64,000 nucleotides of DNA from an uncultured Gammaproteobacteria bacterium (lineage in GTDB: Bacteria; Patescibacteriota; Patescibacteriia; Buchananbacterales; UBA6539), in NCBI GenBank assembly GCA_964540635.1, contig CAZINP010000001.1, forward strand, positions 9,540 to 73,539. The letters run 5' to 3'. Under the pieces are notes generated by a model. That model saw only the letters and a program-made list of their open reading frames with translations, ran no database searches and was not told where the DNA came from. This document shows positions 33,900 through 43,128 of the stretch, in pieces (positions within the stretch are counted from its first letter, which is position 1; each line of letters begins with the position of its first letter). A program made the translations under genes and the position numbers.

Positions 33900-33941
33900 T
33901 TTTAAAAAGCAACCCTTCAGAGAAAGGGTTGCTTTAAAAAA
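33900..33941 (-). terminator. Rho-independent terminator after the valS-tyrS-REC operon
   Basis: GCAACCCTTcagagAAAGGGTTGC is flanked by T/A runs and is functional on the minus strand. Confidence 0.55.
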
Positions 33942-33945
33942 TAAT

Positions 33946-34311
33946 CTAATCAATTAATTCCTTTGTTTTATCAACAATGTCCTGAATGTTTAAATCTGTT
34001 TTAGACCAAAATTCTTTGCCACCGGAAGCTAAAACTCCAGAAACTGTACTTGCGTCAACCTTGTTGGTTAAAACCACAATTGGTATTTCCCTAAACTTAT
34101 CCTCTTCTTTCAATTGGCGCAAAACCTCCAAGCCGGTCATGTCCGGCAACATATAATCAAGCAAAATTAAATCGGGACTTTTCTCTCTGGCCAATGCTAA
34201 GCCGGAATTAGCAGTTGCTGCCAAATAAATTTCATAATCACCATCTAAAGCGATTTTTATATTTTCAGCAATTGCCTCGTCATCTTCAATGATGAGAATT
34301 TTTTTAGCCAT
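33946..34311 (-). CDS. Stand-alone response-regulator receiver (CheY-like) protein
   Basis: The full REC signature is present (ILIIEDDE, DLILLDYMLPDMTG, VVLTNK). It lies directly downstream of tyrS. Confidence 0.8.
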   Translation of the reverse strand: MAKKILIIEDDEAIAENIKIALDGDYEIYLAATANSGLALAREKSPDLILLDYMLPDMTGLEVLRQLKEEDKFREIPIVVLTNKVDASTVSGVLASGGKEFWSKTDLNIQDIVDKTKELID

Positions 34312-34314
34312 ATT

Positions 34315-35505
34315 TTATTTTATTATTTTGGCAAAAAATCTTTTTCCCTTTTGAATAACCACCCCGTCCTTATCAATTTCAGAAATTTCAAAATTTTCAT
34401 CCTTAACTACTTTCTGATCAACTTTTACCCCGCCCTCCTTAATCAAACGACGAGCTTGGCTTTTTGACTCGGCTAATTTGGTGGCAACCAAAATTTCAAC
34501 AATGTTTCTTTCTTTAATCTTGAATGAAGGAATATTTTCCGGATTTAAACCTTCTTCAAAAATTTGCTTAAAGCTTTCCTCAGCAGAAATTGCCTTATCT
34601 TTTCCGCAATAAATCTCAACCACCCGATAAGCCAAAAGCATTTTGAATTTTTTGGGATTTTGGCCGGCCTTGATTTCTTTTTCAATTTGGGCAATCTCTT
34701 CTTGCGGCGTATCGGTTAATATTTCCAAGGCGGGCAAAATCATTTCGTCTGACCAACTCATAACCTTACCATAAATATCTTTTGGTTCATCGGATAATGT
34801 TATCATATTGCCTTCAGACTTACCCATTTTTTTTCCGCTTGGATCAGAAAGCAATTTGGTTGTCAAGACAAATTTATCTTTGCCTTTCATGGCCTTCATC
34901 AAAGTTCGGCCGGCTAACATATTAAACGTCTGGTCATTACCGCCAAGCTCCAAATCAACATCCATTTCCACCGAATCATAAGCTTGCATCAAAGGATAAA
35001 AAAATTCATGCAAATAAATCGGCCTCTCTTCTTTTAATCTTTCTTGAAACATATCACGGGCAATCATTTGCTGAACCGTAAAATTCTGAGCAATATTAAT
35101 AATATCGGCAAAATTTAATTTACCCAACCACTTTGAATTAAATTTAAATTCAATCTTATCAATGTCAATTAAATTTTTAATTTGCTTCTTCCAACCTTTT
35201 AAATTTTCCAGGACTTGCTCGTGGGTTATTTGCTGACGAACGCTTAGCTTGTCCGGATCACCAATCTGGCCGGTAAAATCACCAAATAGAAAAATGACGT
35301 GATGGCCCAGCTCTTGAAATTTGGCCAAACGCCTGATGGCTATGCCGTGACCAAGATGCAGGGTTGGCGCATTAGGATCAAAGCCGCAATATAATTTAAT
35401 TTTCTTGCCTGAAAGCAAAACCTTTCTCAGACTTTCTTTGTCGGGATAAACATTTTCTGTGCCGCGATTTAAGATTTCATCAACTTTTTTTTCCAAATCT
35501 TTCAT
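34315..35505 (-). CDS. tyrS: Tyrosyl-tRNA synthetase
   Basis: HIGH (PTLHLGHG) and KMSKS (KMGKS) motifs are present, with a C-terminal S4-like domain. Confidence 0.9.
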   Translation of the reverse strand: MKDLEKKVDEILNRGTENVYPDKESLRKVLLSGKKIKLYCGFDPNAPTLHLGHGIAIRRLAKFQELGHHVIFLFGDFTGQIGDPDKLSVRQQITHEQVLENLKGWKKQIKNLIDIDKIEFKFNSKWLGKLNFADIINIAQNFTVQQMIARDMFQERLKEERPIYLHEFFYPLMQAYDSVEMDVDLELGGNDQTFNMLAGRTLMKAMKGKDKFVLTTKLLSDPSGKKMGKSEGNMITLSDEPKDIYGKVMSWSDEMILPALEILTDTPQEEIAQIEKEIKAGQNPKKFKMLLAYRVVEIYCGKDKAISAEESFKQIFEEGLNPENIPSFKIKERNIVEILVATKLAESKSQARRLIKEGGVKVDQKVVKDENFEISEIDKDGVVIQKGKRFFAKIIK

Positions 35506-35509
35506 ATAT

Positions 35510-38119
35510 TTATTTTAATGATTTTAGCTGCTGATTAATTTTTTCTAAATTCTCCTGATTATCTTTCAGTTTCTGCTTTTCTATTTCAACAATTTCTTTT
35601 GGCGCTTTGGCCACAAATTTTTCATTGGTTAATTTTACCTCCAAATGATTAATAAAATCACTCAGCCTCTTTGCTTCTTCCTCAAGCCTGACTATTTCCT
35701 TTTTAATATCAATCATCCCGGCAACCGGCAAATAGACCTCAACCTTGGGTAAAATTAAGGAAAGAGATTCGGATGGCTTTTTACCCTTTGCCAAAACCTT
35801 TAATTCTTGAATTCTGGCTAAGGTTTCGATGATCGGCGCCTGCTCCTTAATAATTTTTTCATATTTGGAAGAAATTATCACGGCATTAATTTTTTGACCG
35901 GGCTGAATTCGGCTCTCTGATCTGAGATTTCTAATTCCCGAAACAATTTCTTGAATTAAAGAAAACTCCTGCTGAACTTTATTTTCGGGCTTGCCCTTGA
36001 ACGCCGGCCAAGACTGAACCATTAACAGCTCATCGGTATTTAATTGTTTCCAAATTTCTTCGGTAACAAACGGACAAAACGGATGCCAAAGTTTCAGCAA
36101 ATTTTGCAAGATGTATAATAATATCTCATCACTTGATTTGTCCTTGGAGTCAATTTTAGAAATCTCCAAATACCAATCGGCCAATTTTGACCAAGTAAAT
36201 TCATAAACCCTTTCTCCCACAATTGAAAAATTATACTTATCCAAATTTTCAGTCGCATATGAAACCAAAGAATGCAATTCCGCCAAAATCCACTTATCCG
36301 CCAAGGTTTTGGCTTTTGGTTCTTTTTCAACCAGCTTGACTTCTGGCACTTTCAAAAGAATATAACGAGAGATATTCCAAAGCTTATTGACAAAATTACG
36401 ATAGCCTTCAATCTTATTTTCCGAAACCGTGATGTCATTTCCCGGCGCCGTGCCGATAATTAGAGCCAGACGCGTCGCATCAGCGCCAAATTTATCAATT
36501 GCAATCAAAGGGTCAATGGCATTATCGGAAGATTTGCTCATCTTTTTACCTTTTTCATCTCTGACCATGCCGTGCAAATAAACTTGTTTAAACGGTATTT
36601 CCTCCAGCAAATAGGTAGACATGATAATCATTCTGGCAATCCAAAAAAATAAAATATCATACCCGGTCTCCATTAATGAAGTTGGATGAAAAGTTTTTAA
36701 ATCAGAAGTCTGTTTGGGCCAACCCAAAGTTGAAAAAGTCCAAAGGCCGGAAGAAAACCAAGTATCAAGTGTGTCATTGTCCTGAACCCAGCCCTCCCCG
36801 TCCGGTTTTTGGCGGCCGACAAAAATTTCTTCGCCTCTATACCAAACCGGAATTCTATGGCCAAACCAAATTTGCCTTGAAATACACCAGTCGCGAAGAT
36901 TTTCCATCCAATTAAAATACGTTTTTTCAAAACGATCGGGAATTATTTCAATCTCTTTTTCTCGAACGACTTCTAAACATTTTTCTTTGATTGATTTATT
37001 GCCGAATTTCTTTAATGGCAGATTAACATTAATAAACCACTGCTTAGAAATTAATGGCTCAATCACATGTTCGCAGCGATAACAAACCGACAAATTATTA
37101 TCAACCTCCTCAATCTTTGAAATCAAGCCGGCATTCTCCAAATCTTGAACAAACGCCTTGCGACATTCGACAACGGGCAAACCTGCATATGACCTGGCCT
37201 TATCGGTCATTTTTCCGTCTTCGCCGATTACCTGGATTAAAGGTAAATTATTTTTTTGCGCCATTTCAAAGTCAATCGCCGAATGAGCCGGCGTCACACC
37301 CAGCGCGCCGGTACCCAAATTTGGGTCAACCGAATCATCAGCAATCACCTTAACGTGAACATCAACCTTGCCCAAATTTACATCCATTTCCTGGCCGATA
37401 TATTTTTGATAGCGCGAATCGTTTGGGTTGACCGCCACAGCCGTATCACCAATTTTTGTTTCGGGTCTGGTGGTAGCCACAATAAACGGTCCATATTTGA
37501 TATAATAAAATTTTCCTTTCTGAGGTTGATATTCCACCTCGTCATCAGCCAAAGTTGAAGCGCAACGCGGGCACCAATTAACAATCCTGTAGCCCTGGTA
37601 AATCAAACCATCGTCATACATTCTAATAAACGCTTCATTAACCGCTTCTGACAAACCACTGTCCAGTGTATACCTTTCGCGCGACCAGTCGCAAGAAGAG
37701 CCCATCTTTTTCATTTGACCTCTTATGGTGCTGCGTGAATTTTCAACAAATTCGTCAACTCGTTTTAAAAATTCCTCGCGACCCAAATCGTGGCGCGACT
37801 TGCCTTCTTCTTTTTTAATTATTTTTTCCACCTTTGTCTGAGTGGCAATGGAAGCGTGATCGGTCCCGGGCAGCCAAAGAGTTTTTTTGCCCTTAAGGCG
37901 CTGGTAGCGAATAACCAAATCTTGAATGGCCAACATTACGGAATGGCCCAAATGCAACACGCCGGTAGCGTTTGGCGGCGGCAAAGAAATCGTAAATGCC
38001 TCATTGCGTTTACCGGGTAAGTTATCAGGATTAAAAAATCCGGACTCTTCCCACTTTTTGTAGATAGAGTCCTCTACGTTTTTAGGCTCATAGGCCTTGC
38101 TAATTTCAGAGTCTTTCAT
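35510..38119 (-). CDS. valS: Valyl-tRNA synthetase
   Basis: PPPNATGVLHLGHS (HIGH) and KMSKS motifs are present, with an editing domain and a C-terminal coiled coil. Confidence 0.9.
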   Translation of the reverse strand: MKDSEISKAYEPKNVEDSIYKKWEESGFFNPDNLPGKRNEAFTISLPPPNATGVLHLGHSVMLAIQDLVIRYQRLKGKKTLWLPGTDHASIATQTKVEKIIKKEEGKSRHDLGREEFLKRVDEFVENSRSTIRGQMKKMGSSCDWSRERYTLDSGLSEAVNEAFIRMYDDGLIYQGYRIVNWCPRCASTLADDEVEYQPQKGKFYYIKYGPFIVATTRPETKIGDTAVAVNPNDSRYQKYIGQEMDVNLGKVDVHVKVIADDSVDPNLGTGALGVTPAHSAIDFEMAQKNNLPLIQVIGEDGKMTDKARSYAGLPVVECRKAFVQDLENAGLISKIEEVDNNLSVCYRCEHVIEPLISKQWFINVNLPLKKFGNKSIKEKCLEVVREKEIEIIPDRFEKTYFNWMENLRDWCISRQIWFGHRIPVWYRGEEIFVGRQKPDGEGWVQDNDTLDTWFSSGLWTFSTLGWPKQTSDLKTFHPTSLMETGYDILFFWIARMIIMSTYLLEEIPFKQVYLHGMVRDEKGKKMSKSSDNAIDPLIAIDKFGADATRLALIIGTAPGNDITVSENKIEGYRNFVNKLWNISRYILLKVPEVKLVEKEPKAKTLADKWILAELHSLVSYATENLDKYNFSIVGERVYEFTWSKLADWYLEISKIDSKDKSSDEILLYILQNLLKLWHPFCPFVTEEIWKQLNTDELLMVQSWPAFKGKPENKVQQEFSLIQEIVSGIRNLRSESRIQPGQKINAVIISSKYEKIIKEQAPIIETLARIQELKVLAKGKKPSESLSLILPKVEVYLPVAGMIDIKKEIVRLEEEAKRLSDFINHLEVKLTNEKFVAKAPKEIVEIEKQKLKDNQENLEKINQQLKSLK

Positions 38120-38209
38120 AATTATCAGGTCAAAATTATGCTTTAATTATAGCCATTTTATTCGATTTTTGCAAGTTTTTCTAATCTAGATATTGTCATG
38201 AAATCAATC

Positions 38210-38238
38210 TTGACAGCCCCAAAGAATACTATTAATAT
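38210..38238 (+). promoter_or_regulatory. Sigma70-type promoter for the DHH-family gene
   Basis: TTGACA, a 17-nt spacer and TAATAT. Confidence 0.5.
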
Positions 38239-38284
38239 TATAAATCGGCCAATTCATTTGGCTCAAAACAATAAAAAACCATAA

Positions 38285-39415
38285 ATGGCATTAAAAGAAA
38301 ACGAACAGATCATTTCGGCAATTGAAAATAGCCGCCATGTCTTAATTACATTCAAAAAAGATTACTCGGCCGACGCCCTATCAAGTGCGCTTGGGCTTTC
38401 TTTATTTTTAGAAAAGGAAGGGAAACTGGTTGACATTGCCTGTGACGATTTTAAAGCTTCTGCCAATTTTGATTTTTTAGGGAATATTGGAAAAGTTTTG
38501 GATAAAATTAACCATTTGCAGAAATTTGTTATCTCGCTGGATACAAGCGTAAATAAAATTGAAGAGTTCAGTTATAATTATGAAGGCGAACACCTCAAAA
38601 TTTATATTACGCCAAAGAACGGCGCCTTTAGCCGAGAAGACGTTTCCACCTCTCAAACCGATTATCGCTATGATTTGATAATTACTTTGGACACGCCCGA
38701 TCTTGATTCTCTGGGCAAAATTTACCAATCGTCCACGGATTTTTTCTTCAATACGACTATAATAAACATTGACAACAATCCTGAGAACGAACACTATGGA
38801 CAAATAAATTTGATAAACTTGAATGCGACTGCCAGTGCTGAAATTGTTTATGACCTTCTTAAAAATTGGAAGCCGGACTTGATTGATTCTAAAATCGCCA
38901 CGGCATTTTTGGCCGGCTTGATTGCCAAAACAAAAAGCTTTAAAACACCAAATGTCACTCCCAAAACCCTGGAAATTGCCGGCGAACTTTTAGCCGCCGA
39001 GGCTGATCGCGATTTGATTGTAAAAAAATTATATCGCAGCCGTTCACTTTCAACACTAAATTTGTGGGGCCGAGCTTTAGCGCGACTCAAAAGCCACGAC
39101 AACAACCGCTTAATTTGGTCTCTGATTACTGATAATGATTTTATTGAATCTCAATCAAACCCAGGCGAACTGCCGGAAGTGATTGAAGAATTAATTTCTT
39201 TTATCCCGGGAGTGGAAGCGGTAGTTTTGTTTTATCAGCAAGGACAAAATGTCTGCGTGATTATAAAAACCTTAAAAAATCATAATGCCTTGTACCTAGT
39301 CGGCAACTTTGAAGCTAAGGGCAACACAAACACCGCCGAGTTTTGTCTGGAAAACAAAAACCTGGTGGACGCCGAAAAAGAAGTAGTGGAAAATATCAAA
39401 GAAAAATTGAAGTAA
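38285..39415 (+). CDS. DHH/DHHA1-fold NrnA-like protein with degenerate catalytic motifs
   Basis: It is collinear with NrnA. Motif II (VISLDTS) is retained. The DHH motif reads IDNNPE and the DHHA1 GGGH is replaced by KGNTNT. Confidence 0.6.
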   Translation: MALKENEQIISAIENSRHVLITFKKDYSADALSSALGLSLFLEKEGKLVDIACDDFKASANFDFLGNIGKVLDKINHLQKFVISLDTSVNKIEEFSYNYEGEHLKIYITPKNGAFSREDVSTSQTDYRYDLIITLDTPDLDSLGKIYQSSTDFFFNTTIINIDNNPENEHYGQINLINLNATASAEIVYDLLKNWKPDLIDSKIATAFLAGLIAKTKSFKTPNVTPKTLEIAGELLAAEADRDLIVKKLYRSRSLSTLNLWGRALARLKSHDNNRLIWSLITDNDFIESQSNPGELPEVIEELISFIPGVEAVVLFYQQGQNVCVIIKTLKNHNALYLVGNFEAKGNTNTAEFCLENKNLVDAEKEVVENIKEKLK

Positions 39416-39421
39416 ATAGGT

Positions 39422-39449
39422 TTGAATTTTAATTTTTTGTTGCTATAAT
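39422..39449 (+). promoter_or_regulatory. Candidate promoter for the tRNA pair
   Basis: TTGAAT, a 16-nt spacer and an extended -10 tGcTATAAT lie about 95 nt upstream of tRNA-Ile. Confidence 0.45.
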
Positions 39450-39544
39450 ATATAGATAATTAGCCAAATTGCTTGAGATAATAAATCTTTCATGCAAACA
39501 ATACTTGGCCATTAATAATTTATTAAAACGTAATAATCCTTTGT

Positions 39545-39621
39545 GCGCCTGTAGCTCAGTTGGTTAGAGCGCCACCCTTATAAGGTGGATGTCCCTGGTT
39601 CAAGTCCAGGCAGGCGCACCA
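39545..39621 (+). tRNA. tRNA-Ile, anticodon UAU (gene TAT)
   Basis: 77 nt cloverleaf with a 7-bp acceptor (GCGCCTG/CAGGCGC), anticodon stem CCACC/GGTGG, loop C-T-TAT-A-A and 3' CCA encoded. Confidence 0.8.
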
Positions 39622-39678
39622 AATAAATATTGACTTTTTGAAATAAAAAGTCTAAAATACAGAAGTTAATAATACTGG

Positions 39679-39755
39679 GGGCGTATAGCTCAGTTGGTTA
39701 GAGCGTTACGTTGACATCGTAAAGGTCCATGGTTCGAGTCCATGTACGCCCACCA
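39679..39755 (+). tRNA. tRNA-Val (GAC)
   Basis: 77 nt with acceptor GGGCGTA/TACGCCC, anticodon stem TTACG/CGTAA, loop TT-GAC-AT and CCA encoded. Confidence 0.85.
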
Positions 39756-39863
39756 AAAAGCATCTCTTTTAGAGGTGTTTTTTGATTTATCATATATTTG
39801 ATTGAATTATATAAATCTTGACATTTTTACCAATATTGCATATTATAACTATATCAATATTAA

Positions 39864-40187
39864 TTGATATATATGAAACATAAATGTTGTTGCAATAAAT
39901 CGGATTTGCTGAATTTGAATAATTTGGCCGATTTCCTAAAAATTATTGCCGAACCAAACCGCTTAAAAATTTTATGCTTGCTGAAAAACGACAAGCGCTG
40001 TGTTTGTGAAATATGGCAAGCTTTAAATTTACCGCAAAATTTAATTTCAAGTCATTTAAAGATCTTGCGACAAGCCAAACTTATTGATTTTAAAAAAGAC
40101 GGTTTAAAAGTCTATTACTTTATCAATAAACAAAATATCAAAAAGCATAAATCATTATTAAATAAATTATTAAAATCATATGAATGA
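39864..40187 (+). CDS. ArsR/SmtB-family transcriptional regulator
   Basis: ArsR-type HTH (NRLKILCLLKNDKRCVCEIWQALNLPQNLISSHLKILRQAKLI). An N-terminal Cys cluster is present. Confidence 0.8.
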   Translation: MIYMKHKCCCNKSDLLNLNNLADFLKIIAEPNRLKILCLLKNDKRCVCEIWQALNLPQNLISSHLKILRQAKLIDFKKDGLKVYYFINKQNIKKHKSLLNKLLKSYE

Positions 40188-40488
40188 AAAAATTCAAAAA
40201 ATCCAAGTCTTGGGCGCCGGCTGCCCCAGCTGCAAAAAAATGTTTGAACTAACCAAACAAACCGCCCTTGAACTTGGCTTGAAAATTGAAGTTGAATATA
40301 TTACCGATATTACCGTGTTGGTTAAAATGGGTGTAATGTCCGCTCCGGCTTTGGCCATAAATGATAAATTGGTTTTTGCCGGCGCCTTGCCCAACAGTCA
40401 AAGAATAAAAGAACTGATTCAAAATTACGCCTTAAAACAAGAAGTTGAGAAGCCAAAGAGTAATTGTTCTTGCCACGGTTGTTGCTAA
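40180..40488 (+). CDS. Thioredoxin-fold 'redox-active disulfide protein 2' family protein
   Basis: IQVLGAGCPSCKKMFEL has a CxxC motif and follows the TIGR00412-like pattern. A C-terminal CSCHGCC tail is present. Confidence 0.7.
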   Translation: MNEKIQKIQVLGAGCPSCKKMFELTKQTALELGLKIEVEYITDITVLVKMGVMSAPALAINDKLVFAGALPNSQRIKELIQNYALKQEVEKPKSNCSCHGCC

Positions 40489-40495
40489 AAATTGT

Positions 40496-41467
40496 ATGGA
40501 TATTTTTTTTCCCCTTCAATCATTTGCCGATCTTTTTGTTTATAATCTTTTAGGTTTGAGCAAAGACTCCCATTTGGGCGAGGCTTTAAATTATTTTATT
40601 TATGATGTCATAAAAATAATCATCCTGCTTTTGATTGTTAATTATTTTATGGCAATTATAAGACACTATTTACCGGCCGAAAGACTGCGCAATTTTTTGG
40701 CTTCTCGGCGCTGGTTTGGATTTGACTATTTACTGGCCGCCTTATTTGGCACCATCACTCCTTTTTGTTCCTGTTCATCCATTCCCCTATTTATCGGTTT
40801 TATCAGTGCCGGCATTCCTTTGGGCGTGACTTTGTCATTCTTAATCACCTCGCCGCTGGTTAATGAGATAGCCATTGTACTTTTAATCGGATTGTTCGGC
40901 TGGAAAATTACTTTATACTATGTACTTGCCGCCATTGCTCTTGGCGTTTTGGGCGGTATGATTTTGAACAGATTAAAATTGGAAAAATACGTAGCCGAAG
41001 AGATTTGGAAAATCAAAAGTCAAAAACAAGAATTAATGATTGACAAGCTTAACCTAAAAACTTTGCTTAAAAAATTTTGGTCCGAGGGCTTTGAAATTAC
41101 CAAAAAAATAACACCTTATGTTATCTTGGGCATTGGGGCGGGTGCAGTCATACACGGTTTTGTTCCAAGCGGATTTTTTGAAAAATATCTCAATTCACAA
41201 AACTTATTAGCCGTTCCCGTGGCGGTTTTGGTGGGAGTGCCCCTGTATGCCGGCGCCGTGGGTGTAATTCCAATCGTTCAATCTCTGGTGGATAAAGGCG
41301 TGGCTTTAGGCACAGCCTTGGCTCTAATGATGGCCGTCGTCGGCCTATCGCTACCGGAAGCTTTAATTTTAAAAAAAGTAATGAAGCTGAAATTGCTTTT
41401 ATATTTTTTTGGCATCACCACCATCAATATAATTATTATCGGTTATTTATTTAACGCTTTAGCTTAA
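40496..41467 (+). CDS. DUF318/ArsP-like permease with TPFCSCSS motif
   Basis: A polytopic permease. TPFCSCSSIP is the hallmark of the COG0701/ArsP family. The start is taken at the ATG after the upstream stop. Confidence 0.7.
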   Translation: MDIFFPLQSFADLFVYNLLGLSKDSHLGEALNYFIYDVIKIIILLLIVNYFMAIIRHYLPAERLRNFLASRRWFGFDYLLAALFGTITPFCSCSSIPLFIGFISAGIPLGVTLSFLITSPLVNEIAIVLLIGLFGWKITLYYVLAAIALGVLGGMILNRLKLEKYVAEEIWKIKSQKQELMIDKLNLKTLLKKFWSEGFEITKKITPYVILGIGAGAVIHGFVPSGFFEKYLNSQNLLAVPVAVLVGVPLYAGAVGVIPIVQSLVDKGVALGTALALMMAVVGLSLPEALILKKVMKLKLLLYFFGITTINIIIIGYLFNALA

Positions 41468-41471
41468 AAAA

Positions 41472-41951
41472 ATGAAAAAAGAAATACTTATCGGCTCTGC
41501 CATTGGCACCACTTTAGTCATTATTATCGGCTTTGTTTTGATTTTACTTTCCTCTTTGGGGAATGAAGCAAAAAATAATCAAAATGATTTCGATCTTACT
41601 CAGAATCAAAACGCTCCCGCGGAAAAAATAGAAATTATTCACTTTCACGCAGCCCAGCAATGTTGGTCGTGCATTACCGTAGGCAATTATACCCTAAAAA
41701 CCATCCAAGAAAAATTTCCGGAAGAATACCAATCCGGAAAAATCACTTTCACCGATATTAACGTTGAATCACCTGAAAATAAAAATGTGGTTTTGAAATT
41801 TCGTGCCGCAGGATCATCCCTTTTTATCAATACCATTAGAGACGGTAAAGATAATATTTCCGAGGAAGTAACGGTTTGGCGTTTGGTTAATAATGAAAAA
41901 CAATTTATTGATTATTTTGAAAATAAAATTAAATCTTTATTGGGCAAATAA
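41472..41951 (+). CDS. Membrane-anchored thioredoxin-like CxxC protein
   Basis: An N-terminal transmembrane anchor is followed by a thioredoxin-like fold with a CWSC motif (HFHAAQQCWSCITVGN). Confidence 0.5.
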   Translation: MKKEILIGSAIGTTLVIIIGFVLILLSSLGNEAKNNQNDFDLTQNQNAPAEKIEIIHFHAAQQCWSCITVGNYTLKTIQEKFPEEYQSGKITFTDINVESPENKNVVLKFRAAGSSLFINTIRDGKDNISEEVTVWRLVNNEKQFIDYFENKIKSLLGK

Positions 41952-42674
41952 ATGGAAATCATTAATTTTTTAATTGATAATTACAACCTTCCGGCCTTAA
42001 GCGCCTTTTTACTTGGCATACTAACGGCCATCAGCCCTTGTCCTTTAGCAACCAATATTACAGCCATTGCCTATATTTCAAAAGAAATTAATAATACAAA
42101 AAAAATAATTCTCTCCGGGCTAACTTATACTCTGGGCCGAGCCATCACCTACACCCTTTTGGCCGTTTTATTGTTTTTCGGACTATCGTCCTTTGAAATG
42201 TCCAGACTGTTTCAAGGCTGGGGAAACAAAATCTTAGGTCCAATCTTGATTTTTATCGGCTTGGTTATGTTCGGGATAATAAAAATAAAAACAGGTAACC
42301 AAAATCAACGGCTGGAAAAAATTAAAACATGGTTGGCCCAAAAGGGTTATTTGGGTTCAATGCTTTTAGGTGGATTTTTCGCTTTGGCTTTCTGCCCCTA
42401 CAGCGCAGTTTTATTTTTTGGCGCACTTATGCCCATTGTTCTGAAATCAAACGGCGGTCTTTTACTGCCGATTGTTTTTGCCCTTGGAACCGGCTTACCT
42501 GTTATTGTTTTTGCCATTTTAATCGCTTACAGCCTGCAAAAAATGGGTAAGGTTTTCAAAGTTTTAACTGAATTGGAAAAATGGATTCGTTTTGCTATAG
42601 CTTTGATTTTTATTTTAATTGGAATTTATTATTCGCAAAATTTGTTTGATTATCTGTTGAAAATAATTTTATGA
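41952..42674 (+). CDS. ccdA: CcdA/DsbD-family cytochrome-c-biogenesis-type thiol-disulfide transporter
   Basis: Six transmembrane helices with ISPCPLATN and FCPYSAVLFFG Cys motifs. Confidence 0.8.
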   Translation: MEIINFLIDNYNLPALSAFLLGILTAISPCPLATNITAIAYISKEINNTKKIILSGLTYTLGRAITYTLLAVLLFFGLSSFEMSRLFQGWGNKILGPILIFIGLVMFGIIKIKTGNQNQRLEKIKTWLAQKGYLGSMLLGGFFALAFCPYSAVLFFGALMPIVLKSNGGLLLPIVFALGTGLPVIVFAILIAYSLQKMGKVFKVLTELEKWIRFAIALIFILIGIYYSQNLFDYLLKIIL

Positions 42675-43048
42675 ATACTAAAAAATTAATCATTGTCTGG
42701 CAACGACTTATTGTAAATGAAAAAACTGGCTTTCGCTGCGGCGCTACTGAAACCGAACTTTAAAAAGCCGTCAAACAACTTAAAAAGAAAATTAGTCCGA
42801 TGGGAATAGAGGTGATTCTAAAAAAATCAAAACTTGCACTAAAAAAATTTGAAAATAATCCGACAGAATCAAACAAAATCACAATAAATGACATACCATT
42901 GGAAAAATTAATTAATGCCAAAACCAAAACAAGCAGGTGCTGCGGCGCATGCAATGGCAATGAGTGTCGTACAATGGTAATAGACGGTCAATCTCAAGAA
43001 GTGATTAAAGCCGATGTGATAATTAAGGCGGGACTGAAAGCTTTATAG
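42671..43048 (+). pseudogene. DUF2703-like small CxxC protein interrupted by in-frame TAA at 42761-42763
   Basis: The full frame reads MNTKKLIIVWQRLIVNEKTGFRCGATETEL-*-KAVKQLKKKISPMGIEVILKK...SRCCGACNGNECRTMVIDGQ...ADVIIKAGLKAL. This matches DUF2703 (KKLxIxWQRLV...CPRCG...IEV...CC..C....CR.....G.....IPADVIIKAGL). The first Cys of CPRC is lost (GFRC). The ATG overlaps the ccdA stop (ATGA). Confidence 0.6.
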
Positions 43049-43074
43049 TTAAAATAATTTAAAAAAATAAAAAA

Positions 43075-43108
43075 GCGAGCGCTCGGCGTGAGGCTCGCCA
43101 CTGTTTTT
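43075..43108 (+). terminator. Rho-independent terminator
   Basis: The hairpin GCGAGC...GCTCGC is followed by CACTGTTTTT. Confidence 0.45.
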
Positions 43109-43128
43109 CACAAAGATCTTACCAGCCC

